Assembly: GCA_963809185.1 (NCBI GenBank)
Contig: CAWEIP010000010.1
Span: 165,933-229,932 of the forward strand
Reading direction: 5' to 3'
Length of the DNA stretch: 64,000 nucleotides
From: an uncultured Verrucomicrobiae bacterium
GTDB lineage: Bacteria > Verrucomicrobiota > Verrucomicrobiia > Chthoniobacterales > Terrimicrobiaceae
The notes below the pieces were generated by a model that made no database searches, was not told where the DNA came from, and worked only from the letters and a program-made list of their open reading frames with translations. The stretch's first letter is position 1, and every line of letters begins with the position of its first letter. A program made the position numbers and the translations under genes. Of this stretch, positions 18,640 through 30,774 are shown one piece after another.

Positions 18640-20976
18640 CTAAGCCGCGAGAGGAGCCGAACTTGCGATTCTCGCTTCTCGCTCTTGGGCACGCCTGGCG
18701 GAAAATTTCACCAAGAGCCACATCCCGCCCACGTAGGCGAACGTCCCAAATGGAATCAACAATCCCTCCCAAGTCGGATAGAGACCGAGCCAGACCCCCA
18801 TCCACGCCGGCAGTTCGAAGCCTGGAACCGGATGAACTGGAAGCCAGCCAACCGTCTGAAACAGCCTGACCGTCGATCCGATGAAGGTGAACAGCACGAA
18901 GATCACCAAAGCGCCAGTGACAACGAGCATTTTGCGATAGGGAAGCTTCGCCCCAATTGAAAATACCGCAAAGCCAATCGCTCCAATAAAGATCCCTCCC
19001 AAGGCCAGGCCCAGCAGCACCGGACGCATTCCGGCCTCGAGAATCAGCGACTGCATGAAAAGCGTCGTCTCAAAACCCTCTCGAAAGATTGTCACGAAGC
19101 CAACCCCGATGAGCGCCAAACTTTCCCAACGCGGCTGCTGCTGCCGTTGCGCCGCCTTGCTCAAATCGCGCAGCCGCGCATTCCAACCCGTCCAATAATA
19201 CTTGTGAAAAACCCAGTTCGTCACCATGAGCAGGACAATGACAGCCAAGACCGAAATCACGGCCTCGAGAGTCTCCCCATAGTGCGAAAGACCCTCCAAA
19301 AGCGTGCGCGATGCAACAAAGATCACCGCCGTCACCCCCAGCGCCAGCCATGCGCCGGCTCCGATGCGCCTGCGAATTCCCGCATTTTCCGCTCCGCGAA
19401 GCCCAGCCAGCAAAGCAGCCAGAATGACAACCGCCTCGAGCCCTTCTCTCGCAACGATGAAAACCGCCCCGATCATTGCCGCCATGGGCGAGAGACCCAC
19501 CCTTACCAAAGCGGCACATTCTTCGAGAGCGTCCAGAGCGCGTTGATAGGCCGAGGTCAACTCGTCCCCGGTAAGTCTGGCATCCAAGGCCGCTTTGACG
19601 CCGGGCTTGTCCTGCTGGCCATCAAGGAACGCCTTCTCCGCACGCATCGCCAAGGCGGGATCCCGCGGAAGCGTGCGTGACTCAATCTCGAGGTCAAAAT
19701 TGATATACGCATCCAGACGCAGTTGTTCCGCCTTTCGCCAGAGTTTGTTCTGCGCTGCGGCCAGCGACTGCCCGAGGAGGGAGCGAACCTCAAGAGCCGT
19801 TTCAGCGACGACGTCGCTGCCCATGCCGGCACGCTTCAGAGTCAATCCAAAATCGTTCTGGAGTACATTCGAGGCCTTCGCGACAAGACTGTCGATTTCG
19901 GACTGCGCGGTCTTGCGCTTGATCGCACCCTCCAGATCCTCGAGCGCAGCGAGGAGTTCCTCGCCATTTCTCTCCAAAGCCGGCGCCTTGGTCTTCCGCC
20001 ACACGGGCATCAACTCGTTGACAATTTGCCGGGTCTGAATCGTGAAGCTTTTGGCCTCCCGATACTCGATGGGAATGGTCACCTCGCCGTCACGCACACC
20101 TGACTGGTATTCCTTCGGAATAAGCCGCAGAAGCTTGAGCACAATTCGCTCGCGGCGCTCAACGTCCTCGGCGCTGAGCAGGTTGGGATAGCCTGCCTCG
20201 AGCGACCGACGCCACTCCGCGGCGGTCTCCGGCAGCGTACCCGCGTTCTCACGTGCCGCCGCCAGGAGATCACCAAATTGAGCTGTGTTTTTGAAATCAC
20301 CTGATCCCGCCGCATCAGTGGCCAACTTGAGCAATGAGGCTGGCAAATCGGCAAGCCCCTGAATTTCGGAGGCGCGCGCATAGAGAAGCGCCGGTGTCCC
20401 GCGACCCTCATCAATCAATCGCACGAGCGCGTCGGCTTTCTCGCGGGCGCGCGTGATCTGCCAGACGACATACTCCTTGGCAAGCAGCCGGCTGACCTCG
20501 ACGCGTTGGGTCGAACTGCCGCCCAGCCGCTGAAGCGCAAGCGCGCCCTCGACGGAATTGGCAAACTTCGGAAGCTTGATAATCGAACGCCACTCCCGCG
20601 CGGCTTCAATGTCACCGCCGCGCTGATTGCTGATCATCTCCAGGGCTGCCACGTGTTGCAGTCGTGCCTGCATGAACCCGACAGCCCCCGCAGTTGCGAG
20701 CAAGCCTTCGATCGAGACTGGAACAGGCGCGTCCCATAGGTCGCGAGCCTCGGGATCTTTTAGGCTTTGGGCAAACTGGCCTTTCGCTTGCCGGAGATTC
20801 TCTTCGATGACAGGCGACCAGCGCCCAGCATGAATGTCGAGGAGCGCCTCATCGAAGACGTTCTGCAGCACCGCCGAGTCGTCGATCGCATCCGCCCAGA
20901 GACCCGCGAGGGAGACAAGCAGGCACAGCAAGACGATCAGCCCTCGCGCTCCGCGTGATCGTCTCCTCCCGTTCAT
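18640..20976 (-). CDS. FTR1/EfeU-type iron permease fused to a roughly 470-aa N-terminal extracytoplasmic domain
   Basis: 778 aa. The signal/anchor is GLIVLLCLLVSLAGLWA, followed by a long helical soluble region. The C-terminal 7-TM permease carries the two REXXE iron motifs (VAREGLEAVVIL and FREGFETTLF). Confidence 0.75.
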   Translation of the reverse strand: MNGRRRSRGARGLIVLLCLLVSLAGLWADAIDDSAVLQNVFDEALLDIHAGRWSPVIEENLRQAKGQFAQSLKDPEARDLWDAPVPVSIEGLLATAGAVGFMQARLQHVAALEMISNQRGGDIEAAREWRSIIKLPKFANSVEGALALQRLGGSSTQRVEVSRLLAKEYVVWQITRAREKADALVRLIDEGRGTPALLYARASEIQGLADLPASLLKLATDAAGSGDFKNTAQFGDLLAAARENAGTLPETAAEWRRSLEAGYPNLLSAEDVERRERIVLKLLRLIPKEYQSGVRDGEVTIPIEYREAKSFTIQTRQIVNELMPVWRKTKAPALERNGEELLAALEDLEGAIKRKTAQSEIDSLVAKASNVLQNDFGLTLKRAGMGSDVVAETALEVRSLLGQSLAAAQNKLWRKAEQLRLDAYINFDLEIESRTLPRDPALAMRAEKAFLDGQQDKPGVKAALDARLTGDELTSAYQRALDALEECAALVRVGLSPMAAMIGAVFIVAREGLEAVVILAALLAGLRGAENAGIRRRIGAGAWLALGVTAVIFVASRTLLEGLSHYGETLEAVISVLAVIVLLMVTNWVFHKYYWTGWNARLRDLSKAAQRQQQPRWESLALIGVGFVTIFREGFETTLFMQSLILEAGMRPVLLGLALGGIFIGAIGFAVFSIGAKLPYRKMLVVTGALVIFVLFTFIGSTVRLFQTVGWLPVHPVPGFELPAWMGVWLGLYPTWEGLLIPFGTFAYVGGMWLLVKFSARRAQEREARIASSAPLAA

Positions 20977-21007
20977 CCAAAAATTACGGCAGGCGCCGTC
21001 CTCAGAG

Positions 21008-22033
21008 TCAGCTCTCGATCTTTATTCCGACGACGGCGGCACTTTGCTCAATTTGGGGCACGAGCTTGTCGGTCTTTTCCTTGGCTTGCGTCGCCAATTC
21101 ATCAATCTCGGCACCCGTGATCTCTCCCTGCTTTTCGCGCTTCTCAATCTTGTCAAGAAAGCCCATGATCCCCTTGAAACCAGTATCGACAGACTTTGCG
21201 AGCGACTTGTCCTTTTCGGAAACCTGTTTCTCGACGGCTTCATACATCACCTGGCAGCTGCCCATGATGCCGCGCATGTCCGAAACCCGGCTCACAGCCT
21301 GGAAGCGGCCGGACTTCTCCTTCGAGTAACGCGATTCCTTCCAGTCCTCAAAGTAATCGGAAAGGGTCGGCGTCATCACAACCATCGCGCCAAAACAATC
21401 GCTCACCGAAGCGTTCCAAGCCTTGGCGTCGGCAAGCAGCTCGCCGAGCTTCTTGTTCACATCCTTCGCAGCGGCCGTGAGGACCTCGGGTCGAGGCAGC
21501 AACTTCTTACCTCCGTCCACGGGAACAACCCAGCGCTTGTCGCCGCCCCACAACATCGGCTCGATGATGTAGGTAAAAAGCGAGCCCTGCTTGTCGATCT
21601 TCTGGTCGTTGCCGAGCTCCAGAACAACTAGAGCCACGTCGTCGGGTCCTTGAGAGGCTGGAACTCCGGCGTCCAGATAAATATCGTAGTCGGCCATCGA
21701 CGGAACGCCCGCGACAATTCCCTCAACCGTCTCATAGCCAAAGCTATCCATCGCCTTGTAGTTCTCCTGCATCTTCGCGATCAGTTGATCGATCTTCTTT
21801 GGATCGCCTTTGTACGCCGCCTGCACAGACCCTTCATTCGCCGCTATCAGCGCGGAATAAGCTTCGCTGTTTTTCACGAAATCCTCTGAAGCCGCATTTA
21901 TCTTCTCCAAGCTCTTGAGTAGATAACTCTTCACGCTGGCGGCCGTCTCTTCAGCCTGGCCGCGGGAAGAGAAGACGCTCATTGAGAGGACTAGCACTAG
22001 TGGGAGAGCAATAAGATAACGGGCAGTTTTCAT
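21008..22033 (-). CDS. Periplasmic imelysin-like/EfeO(M75)-family protein, putative partner of the FTR1 permease
   Basis: The ATG at 22033 gives a canonical signal peptide, MKTARYLIALPLVLVLSMSVFS. The track start at 22051 is a TTG. The protein is an all-helical Lys/Glu-rich two-bundle type and lies directly upstream of the permease on the same strand. It contains no histidine, so the HxxE metal site of EfeO is absent (SFGYETVEG sits where GFHRxE is expected). Family assignment is tentative. Confidence 0.45.
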   Translation of the reverse strand: MKTARYLIALPLVLVLSMSVFSSRGQAEETAASVKSYLLKSLEKINAASEDFVKNSEAYSALIAANEGSVQAAYKGDPKKIDQLIAKMQENYKAMDSFGYETVEGIVAGVPSMADYDIYLDAGVPASQGPDDVALVVLELGNDQKIDKQGSLFTYIIEPMLWGGDKRWVVPVDGGKKLLPRPEVLTAAAKDVNKKLGELLADAKAWNASVSDCFGAMVVMTPTLSDYFEDWKESRYSKEKSGRFQAVSRVSDMRGIMGSCQVMYEAVEKQVSEKDKSLAKSVDTGFKGIMGFLDKIEKREKQGEITGAEIDELATQAKEKTDKLVPQIEQSAAVVGIKIES

Positions 22034-22141
22034 ATTGAGAATGAGTTTCAATTTCCAAAACTGCTGGTCCCTGGCAAGCGAAAAAGCGAGCGGACGATCA
22101 GTTTTCGAGCCGAATTGGCCTTGGGGTAGTAACGGTTTGCT

Positions 22142-22558
22142 TCAGGCGCCGACGACGGCGACATCGACGGTGCGGTGATGCGCGGCTCTGCGGTGTTCGA
22201 AGACAAAGATTCCCTGCCAAGTTCCCAAAGTCATACGACCGGCGGCGATGGGAATGACCTCGCTGGTTCGGGTGAGGGCCATGCGCAGGTGGCTGGTGGT
22301 GTCGTCAGGACCTTCGAGAGTATGGACGTAGTCGCCGTCTTCAGGGGCGAGCTTTTCGAAGAATTCATGGAGGTCGGCCCTGGCGCTCGGATCGGCATTT
22401 TCATAGATGACGAGGCTGGCGCTGGTATGACGGATGAACACTGTGACGGTCCCGGTTCGAACACCGCTTTCGCCAACGATTCGGGCCACCTCCTCGGTGA
22501 TCTCATAAGTGCCCTTGCCTCGCGTGCGTATTGAGATGCTTTCGTGCTTTGCAATCAT
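22142..22558 (-). CDS. YjbQ/UPF0047 family protein (secondary thiamine-phosphate synthase-like)
   Basis: Shows ITEEVARIV...GTVTVFIRHTSASLVIYENADPSARADL...GPDDTTSHLRMALTRTSEVIPI..GRMTLGTWQGIFVFEHR. The ATG at 22558 overlaps the upstream stop (ATGA). Confidence 0.85.
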   Translation of the reverse strand: MIAKHESISIRTRGKGTYEITEEVARIVGESGVRTGTVTVFIRHTSASLVIYENADPSARADLHEFFEKLAPEDGDYVHTLEGPDDTTSHLRMALTRTSEVIPIAAGRMTLGTWQGIFVFEHRRAAHHRTVDVAVVGA

Positions 22559-22893
22559 TGCGGACGGATCACGACAACCAGCCAGCCCGCCAAGAACAAT
22601 AAGCCGCCGATCGGCGTGATCGCCCCCAGCCAACGAACATTTGTGATCGCAAGAAGATACAGCGAACCCGAAAAGACGAGGATCCCCGCAGCCCAAATCC
22701 AGACGACGGTGGAATTTCGGCTGGCGGCCCAGAGCGCGGCGACCGCGTGCACGAGATGGTAAAGGACGGCGGTCTGCCAGATCGGTGCGGTTTGGTTTGT
22801 GGCAAGAAGCGCGGCGAGTTGGTGAGCCCCGAATGCTCCCAAGGCCACGCCGAGGAATCCGAGAACGCCGGCTATTTGAGTGGCAAGTTGCAT
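22555..22893 (-). CDS. DUF423 (YgdD-like) small membrane protein
   Basis: 112 aa with 4 predicted TM helices. Shows GVALGAFGAHQL...AVLYHLVHAVA...GILVFSGSLY. Confidence 0.8.
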   Translation of the reverse strand: MQLATQIAGVLGFLGVALGAFGAHQLAALLATNQTAPIWQTAVLYHLVHAVAALWAASRNSTVVWIWAAGILVFSGSLYLLAITNVRWLGAITPIGGLLFLAGWLVVVIRPQ

Positions 22894-23156
22894 AGGATGA
22901 GAATGATCGCGGCGAGTGCCGGATTATTCAACTTTCGAGCGCCACCGGTGAGCGACGCGCACATCTTATATGAAAATTCGCCTGGGTTTCTCCCGAAGAG
23001 AACCAACCCTTGGCACAGCGACCTTCCTCCAGGCGATGTCGGAGCAACTGATGAACGTGTGCTTCGCGACGCGGTCGGGCGCATAAGCGGCGTCATCATG
23101 CTTTTCAGGAGACAGGCTGTTGCGAACAAGCGTTCATTCGGGCACGTTGTCAGGCT

Positions 23157-24125
23157 ATGGATAGTCGCATTCCGGTTACCATTCTCACTGGTTTCCTTGG
23201 CGCAGGCAAAACCACACTGCTCAACCGCATTCTTACCGAACGGCATGGTTTGCGCATCGCCGTGATCGAGAATGAATTCGGAGAGCTCGGTGTTGACCAC
23301 GAGCTCGTGATCAACACGGAAGAGGAGCTTTTCGAGATGAACAATGGCTGCATTTGCTGCACCGTGCGGGGAGACCTCGTCCGTATCCTTGGAAATCTGA
23401 TGAAGCGGAGGAACCGGTTCGATCGAATTCTGATCGAGACCACGGGACTGGCCGATCCCGGTCCGGTCGTGCAAACGTTCCTGGCCGACGATGAGATCCA
23501 GGCAAAGCTCATGGTCGACGCCGTCATCACTGTCGTGGACGCCGCGCATATCTTGCTTCATCTGGATGACAGCGATGAAGCGAAGGAGCAAATCGCCTTC
23601 GCCGACGTCATCCTTCTGAACAAGTGTGACCTCGTTTCGGCGCCTGCACTCAATGCACTGGAAAAGCGCCTGCGCGGAGTCAACGCGATGGCGAAGATCC
23701 ATCGGACTGTTAACGCGCAGATCGAAGTTCCCAAGGTTCTGGAGGTGGGTGGCTTTAATCTTGACCACGCCATGGAGGTCGATCCGCACTTCCTCGAAGA
23801 GGAGGCTGAACATCATCACCATCATCACGACGAAGAGATCACCAGCGTGGGTTTGGAACGCAGTGGCCAGTGTAACGCACAGAAACTCAATGGCTGGCTC
23901 TCCGAACTCCTGCGAACCAAGGGGCAGGATATCTTTCGCATGAAAGGCGTTTTCGCCGTGAAGGGAAATCCCGAGCGTGTGATCCTTCAGGGAGTGCATA
24001 TGACTCTGAATGCCGCGTCCGGCGGCCCGTGGAATGGACGGCCATCGAAGAACAGCCTCGTTTTCATTGGCCGTAACCTCGACCGCAAGGCTCTCGCAGA
24101 GAGCTTCGATCGTTGCTTCTCCTGA
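23157..24125 (+). CDS. COG0523 (CobW/YjiA/ZigA-type) metallochaperone GTPase
   Basis: Walker A motif GFLGAGKTTLLNRIL, metal-binding CICCTVRGDL, the ETTGLADP switch, and a His-rich linker EEEAEHHHHHHDEE ahead of the C-terminal CobW_C-like domain. Confidence 0.85.
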   Translation: MDSRIPVTILTGFLGAGKTTLLNRILTERHGLRIAVIENEFGELGVDHELVINTEEELFEMNNGCICCTVRGDLVRILGNLMKRRNRFDRILIETTGLADPGPVVQTFLADDEIQAKLMVDAVITVVDAAHILLHLDDSDEAKEQIAFADVILLNKCDLVSAPALNALEKRLRGVNAMAKIHRTVNAQIEVPKVLEVGGFNLDHAMEVDPHFLEEEAEHHHHHHDEEITSVGLERSGQCNAQKLNGWLSELLRTKGQDIFRMKGVFAVKGNPERVILQGVHMTLNAASGGPWNGRPSKNSLVFIGRNLDRKALAESFDRCFS

Positions 24126-24159
24126 TAACCTTCGAAGCCTGCGAGGCAGAAAGGCGAAA

Positions 24160-25152
24160 ATGGCGTTCAAGAAACAATGGGCGCTGGAAGCCAGCGATCA
24201 TGTTCTCTCCCTTGCCTGGTCGGGCGAGCTTCTCGTTGTCACACCGGCGACCGGTATTGTTCTCCTTGTCAACAGCGACGGAGAAGCACTCGCGGGACTC
24301 GCCGATCATGGGCTGGGCAACGGAACGACAGCTGTCCGGCCGGGTATAATCGCGACCTGCGGGTTCAACGGCCGCATTCAAGTCTACGAGGTGGCCGGCG
24401 CCGGGGTAACTCCGACCCACGAGATCATGCTGGGCAAGGGCTGGATCGAGCGCACAAGGTGGAGCCCTGATGGACACAGCCTCGCAGCGGCGCTGGGCAA
24501 GACGCTTCTTATTCTTAATGCGCGGAGCGAAATCGCCCGGAATTTTTCCGACCACCGAACTTCCGTCTCCGATTTCGCTTGGAATCCCAAGAATTCCCAC
24601 GAAATCACAAGCGTTTGTGGCGGGGGCGCCCAGATGTGGCGCATCAGCGAGGCCGAACCGTTCGCGCGCTTCGATTGGGGCGGGGCAAGCCTCCTCGTCG
24701 CGTGGAGCCCGGATGCGCGCTGGATTGCCACGGGCGACCAGACCCCGAGCGTGCATCTCTACGACTTTACCCGCGACTACCCACTCCACATTCACGGTTT
24801 TGAAACGAAGGTGAAGGCCATGGACTTCTCGCCCGATGGCAAGCGGCTGGTGACGGGCGGCGGGTCCACCGTCACCGTCTGGAATTGCTCGGGACCAACG
24901 GGTCCCGAAAATACCGTCCCCGACCAACTGAGATTTCATAAAGGCGATATCGAAACGCTCGCCTGGTCGCCAACCGGTGAATTTTTGGCCAGCGGCGACA
25001 ATGCGGGTCGACTGGTCATCTCGGAGGCGAACGGCCGGCCCTTCTCGGCCTTCGAGGACAAGGAGGCAATCACCGCCCTGGCGTGGAATGCGGACGGCAA
25101 GCGTCTCGCTGCGGGTGACGCCGCGGGCCGCGTCGTGCTCTTCAGCGATTGA
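24160..25152 (+). CDS. WD40-repeat (beta-propeller) protein
   Basis: 330 aa from the ATG at 24160, 35 nt after the COG0523 stop. It has repeated 40-aa units ending in W/D-type motifs ([91 protein letters not shown]). Confidence 0.75.
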   Translation: MAFKKQWALEASDHVLSLAWSGELLVVTPATGIVLLVNSDGEALAGLADHGLGNGTTAVRPGIIATCGFNGRIQVYEVAGAGVTPTHEIMLGKGWIERTRWSPDGHSLAAALGKTLLILNARSEIARNFSDHRTSVSDFAWNPKNSHEITSVCGGGAQMWRISEAEPFARFDWGGASLLVAWSPDARWIATGDQTPSVHLYDFTRDYPLHIHGFETKVKAMDFSPDGKRLVTGGGSTVTVWNCSGPTGPENTVPDQLRFHKGDIETLAWSPTGEFLASGDNAGRLVISEANGRPFSAFEDKEAITALAWNADGKRLAAGDAAGRVVLFSD

Positions 25153-26131
25153 CGAGAGCCATCATCGGCTCTGCGTAACGTTCTCCCTGGGCAACGCCCG
25201 GCGGAAAGAGTTTATCGATCTGGGCCAACTCGTCCGCGTTCAAGTGGATTCCGAGAGCGCCCATGTTGTCCTCGAGATAACGAACGCGCTTTGTGCCGGG
25301 GATCGGGACAATGTCGTCACCCTGCGCGAGCACCCAGGCAAGAGCTAGCTGCGCGGGCGAACAACCCTTCCGCTCAGCAAGACTTTTGACGTGTTCGGCA
25401 AGCCGAAGATTGCGCTCGAACGCCTCTCCCTGAAACCGGGGATTCGTATTCCGCCAGTCGTCAGCGGAAAGGTCCGAGGGTTTTTGAATCGCCCCGGTGA
25501 GAAAGCCACGACCGAGCGGGCTGTAGGCGACGAAACCAATGCCCAGCTCGCGGCACGTTGCCAGCGTTCCATTGCGCTCCGCATCACGAGACCAAAGCGA
25601 GTACTCGGACTGAAGTGCGGTAATCGGATGCACTGCGTTGGCGCGCTTTAACGTATTGGAACCTGCCTCGGAGAGTCCGAGGCAACGCACCTTTCCCGCC
25701 TGTACCAATTGCGCCATGGCACCGACAGTTTCCTCGATGGGAACGCCGGGATCGACGCGATGCTGGTAGTACAGATCGATAGTATCGATGCCCAAACGCT
25801 TAAGACTGCCCTCGCAGGCCTTCTGAACGTTCGCCGGCGAGCTATCCACTCCCGTGATTGTCCCATTCTCGATTCGGAAGCCGAACTTCGTGGCGATGAC
25901 AACACGCTCACGCGATACCTCTGGCAAGAAACGGCCAAGCAGCTCCTCGTTTTTGTAAGGACCGTAACTTTCTGCCGTATCGAGAAAGTTGCCGCCAAGT
26001 TCAACGTATCGGCGTAAGACGGCCAACGACTCAGATTCGTCCGTCGGACCGTAGGCATACGACATGCCCATGCAACCTAAGCCAAGGGACGAAACCTCCA
26101 GCGAACCAAGTTTGCGAACGTTCATAATCAA
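25142..26131 (-). CDS. Aldo/keto reductase (Tas/YajO-like)
   Basis: 329 aa. Shows [13 protein letters not shown]...[18 protein letters not shown]...[10 protein letters not shown]...VRCLGLSEA. Confidence 0.85.
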   Translation of the reverse strand: MIMNVRKLGSLEVSSLGLGCMGMSYAYGPTDESESLAVLRRYVELGGNFLDTAESYGPYKNEELLGRFLPEVSRERVVIATKFGFRIENGTITGVDSSPANVQKACEGSLKRLGIDTIDLYYQHRVDPGVPIEETVGAMAQLVQAGKVRCLGLSEAGSNTLKRANAVHPITALQSEYSLWSRDAERNGTLATCRELGIGFVAYSPLGRGFLTGAIQKPSDLSADDWRNTNPRFQGEAFERNLRLAEHVKSLAERKGCSPAQLALAWVLAQGDDIVPIPGTKRVRYLEDNMGALGIHLNADELAQIDKLFPPGVAQGERYAEPMMALVNR

Positions 26132-26222
26132 CCTCGCTCAAAGGTACACCAACAGTGACCGTCGCAAAAAAGATTCTCGCCCCGACACCGTGGCGGCGCC
26201 TTCGGATGCAATCGATCGGGAT

Positions 26223-26969
26223 CTACATACTCATCCCGCCATCAATCGCGAGCACCTGGCCCGTGATGAAGGAAGCCTCCGGACTCGCCAGGAATGCGAC
26301 GGCGGCGGCGATGTCGTCGGCAACTCCAAACCGCCTGAGCGGAATCTGTGCGAGGGCAGCCTTCCGGACGTCCTCGTTCAACACGGACGTCATGTCGGTT
26401 TCGACAAAGCCGGGCGCGACGACATTCGCGGTGATGTTGCGGCTGGCGAGTTCGCGGGCAAGCGTCTTGGTCAATCCTACCAGTCCGGCCTTGCTGGCGG
26501 AATAGTTCGCCTGTCCAGCCAGGCCGATCAGTCCGCTGACCGAGCTGATATTGATAATGCGCCCCTTGCGTTGTTTGACCATCGCGCGCAAAAGAGCCCG
26601 GGAAAAATTGAAAGCGCCCTTGAGGTTGGTATCGAGCACGACATCCCAATCTTCCGAGCTCATGCGCATCACCAGGGTATCCCGGGTGATGCCGGCGTTA
26701 TTGACGAGCACATCGCAACGCCCGAAGTCGGCGAGGATCTTCTCGCCCGTGTTCTGAACCGCGTCAAAATCCGCCACATCCACGGCGTATGGCTTGGCCG
26801 CGTCCGGCGTGACGGCATTGATCGCATCGGCGGTTTTCTGGCAGTTGGCCTCCGTGCGGCTGACGACAGCCACCCGGGCGCCTTCCCCGGCGAGTCGCTT
26901 TGCGATCGCCTCGCCGATACCGCGACCGGCGCCGGTCACGATGGCAACCTGATTCTCAAATCGTTTCAT
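26223..26969 (-). CDS. fabG: 3-oxoacyl-ACP reductase / short-chain dehydrogenase
   Basis: The ATG at 26969 gives MKRFENQVAIVTGAGRGIGEAIA. The catalytic pattern is NISSVSG...NYSASKAGL, with ITANVVAPGFVETDMT. Confidence 0.75.
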   Translation of the reverse strand: MKRFENQVAIVTGAGRGIGEAIAKRLAGEGARVAVVSRTEANCQKTADAINAVTPDAAKPYAVDVADFDAVQNTGEKILADFGRCDVLVNNAGITRDTLVMRMSSEDWDVVLDTNLKGAFNFSRALLRAMVKQRKGRIINISSVSGLIGLAGQANYSASKAGLVGLTKTLARELASRNITANVVAPGFVETDMTSVLNEDVRKAALAQIPLRRFGVADDIAAAVAFLASPEASFITGQVLAIDGGMSM

Positions 26970-27134
26970 AAGATAGGCACAGTCCTTTCGAGCTGCGCTC
27001 GAAGCGCAGACCGTTGATTTTTTGACGGCAGCACCCACGGGAGGCGTGTTCTTCCTTATCTGCGTCAATCAGCGTCATCTGTGGACTCAGAAAACCCGCA
27101 TCGTTCCAGTCGGTTTCTAGACTTTGCAAACAGG

Positions 27135-28293
27135 CTAGAGCTTTACCCAGCTGCGGCTTCGCACGCTTTTCTCGATCGCGGCCAACACCCTTTCATTCTT
27201 CAGACCTTCCTCAAAAGTTGGCTGCACGCTCTTGCCGTTTACAACGGCTTTAACGAAATCTGAGAAGGTATTTATGAAAGTGTGCTCGTAACCAATGATG
27301 TGTCCGGGTGGCCACCATGCAGAGCCGTACGGGTGAATCGGCTCGTTGACGAGAATGTCGCGAAACCCGCGGGCGTCTTCCGGATCATCCACACTGAAAA
27401 ATTGGAGGCGGTTCATGTCCTCAAAGTTGAAAAAGAGCGAGCCCTTGCTCCCGTTGATTTCGAGCGTGATGTGGTTCTTGCGACCGTATGCGAAACGCGT
27501 GGCTTCAAAATTTGCGACCGCGCCGTTCTTGAAGCGCCCAATCCAGGAAACCGCATCGTCCACCGTCACCCTTCCTAGCTGCTTCCCGGCCTTTGCTGCG
27601 AGACCCTTTCCGACTTGCTCGAGAATCGGTCGCTTCTTGACGAAGGTTTCCAGCAGGCCGCAAACCTCACTGATCTCGCCCACGACGTAACGTGCTATGT
27701 CAATGATGTGGGAATTAATGTCGCCATTCGTACCCGGAGCCCGAGAACTTTTCCTGTAAACGCCAGACAAGCGGGAAGTTCGGATCCGCAATCCAATCCT
27801 GCGCGTAGCGGGCCCGGACGTGGTAGATGCGATCTCCAAGGTCACCGCGATCGATCATTTTCTTCGCTAGGGCGATGGCGGGGATGCGGCGGTAATTGTG
27901 GCAGACCATATTTACCACGCGCGCCTTCTTCACCGCAGCCACCATTTTCTCACACTCGGCGACATCGATCGCCAGCGGTTTCTCACAAAGGATGGCCTTG
28001 CCATTCTTGGTAGCCTCGAGAGCGATCTCGCAGTGGCTGTCGTTGGGCGTGCAGATGTCGACGATATCAATCTCGGGGTCGCTTACCACCGCCTTCCAAT
28101 CCGTGCTCGCGTTCTTCCAGCCCAAATGCTCGCGAGCCGCTTCGACGTTCTTTGCCGAGCGTCCGCAAATCGTGTGCAGCACCACATCGGCAGGCAGGTC
28201 GAAGAACTTCGGCGCCTGGCGCCACGCATTCGAGTGCGCCTTGCCCATGAAATTGTAACCAATCATTCCAACATTGAGTGCGCGTCTGGCCAT
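27135..28293 (-). CDS. Gfo/Idh/MocA family oxidoreductase, one frame break near 27745
   Basis: The N-terminal Rossmann half in ORF 27715..28353 reads VGMIGYNFMGKAHSNAW...EKPLA. The C-terminal half in ORF 27135..27845 reads GDINSHIIDIARYVVGEI...GSLFFNFEDMN...WWPPGHIIGYEHTF. The total length fits one extra base. Confidence 0.8.
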
Positions 28294-28425
28294 AAGAAGG
28301 GGAAATCCCTGCGACTTCACCAAATGCCGCGGCATCTGAAAACAAAAAACCATTCCCGGACTTCACCCCAGCTTGAATCGCGGGGCACAGGATTGACGAA
28401 TCAACAGAATCGCTTATCATGTTCA

Positions 28426-28520
28426 AACGCAGGGGAGCTTTCGCAGCTGAGAGTCCCGATCGCGCAATCGATTCGGGAGACCCTTGGAACCTGATCCGGG
28501 TAAGACCGGCGTAGGGAGCA
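28426..28520 (+). ncRNA. TPP (THI-box) riboswitch
   Basis: caggggagc...gcagctgagag...acccttggaacctgatccgggtaagaccggcgtagggagc contains the conserved CUGAGA and ACCUGAUCyGGnUAAnaCCnGCGnAGGGA cores. It lies upstream of thiC. Confidence 0.85.
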
Positions 28521-28548
28521 GAGATGAGTTCTAAGTCGATAGTTTTGA

Positions 28549-30621
<2,073 letters not shown>

Positions 30622-30718
30622 ATGAGACGCGTTCGGGATCACATCCTCCTCGCCTCTGCTTACCTTTGGTAAACCCCAGCAACGATTCGTTCCCAACCCA
30701 CAAAGATGCGGGTCCTCG

Positions 30719-30745
30719 ACAACACAGCGAGGACCCTTCTTACCG
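30719..30745. terminator. Hairpin between convergent thiC and the downstream minus-strand gene (possible bidirectional terminator)
   Basis: Perfect 9-bp GC-rich stem (gggtcctcg / cgaggaccc) with a 9-nt loop, followed by only a weak T tract (ttctt). Confidence 0.4.
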
Positions 30746-30774
30746 CGACCTGAGTTCCCGTCCGCAGAGAGCAG

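Noticed and set aside
22894-23156. A Zur box upstream of the COG0523 GTPase gene
   Set aside because: There is only a weak 4-nt-arm dyad (gaac-aagc-gttc at about 23124-23135), and nothing resembles AT-rich Zur or Fur-family palindromes.
22872-24170. A 432-aa minus-strand ORF overlapping the COG0523 GTPase gene. Similar antisense ORFs lie at 34744..35826 (opposite cusB), 14535..15680 (opposite the sulfite reductase), 26064..27017 (opposite fabG) and 6516..7376 (opposite the methyltransferase)
   Set aside because: In each case the opposite strand encodes a protein with clear family motifs, while the antisense translation has none. These are GC-rich shadow ORFs.
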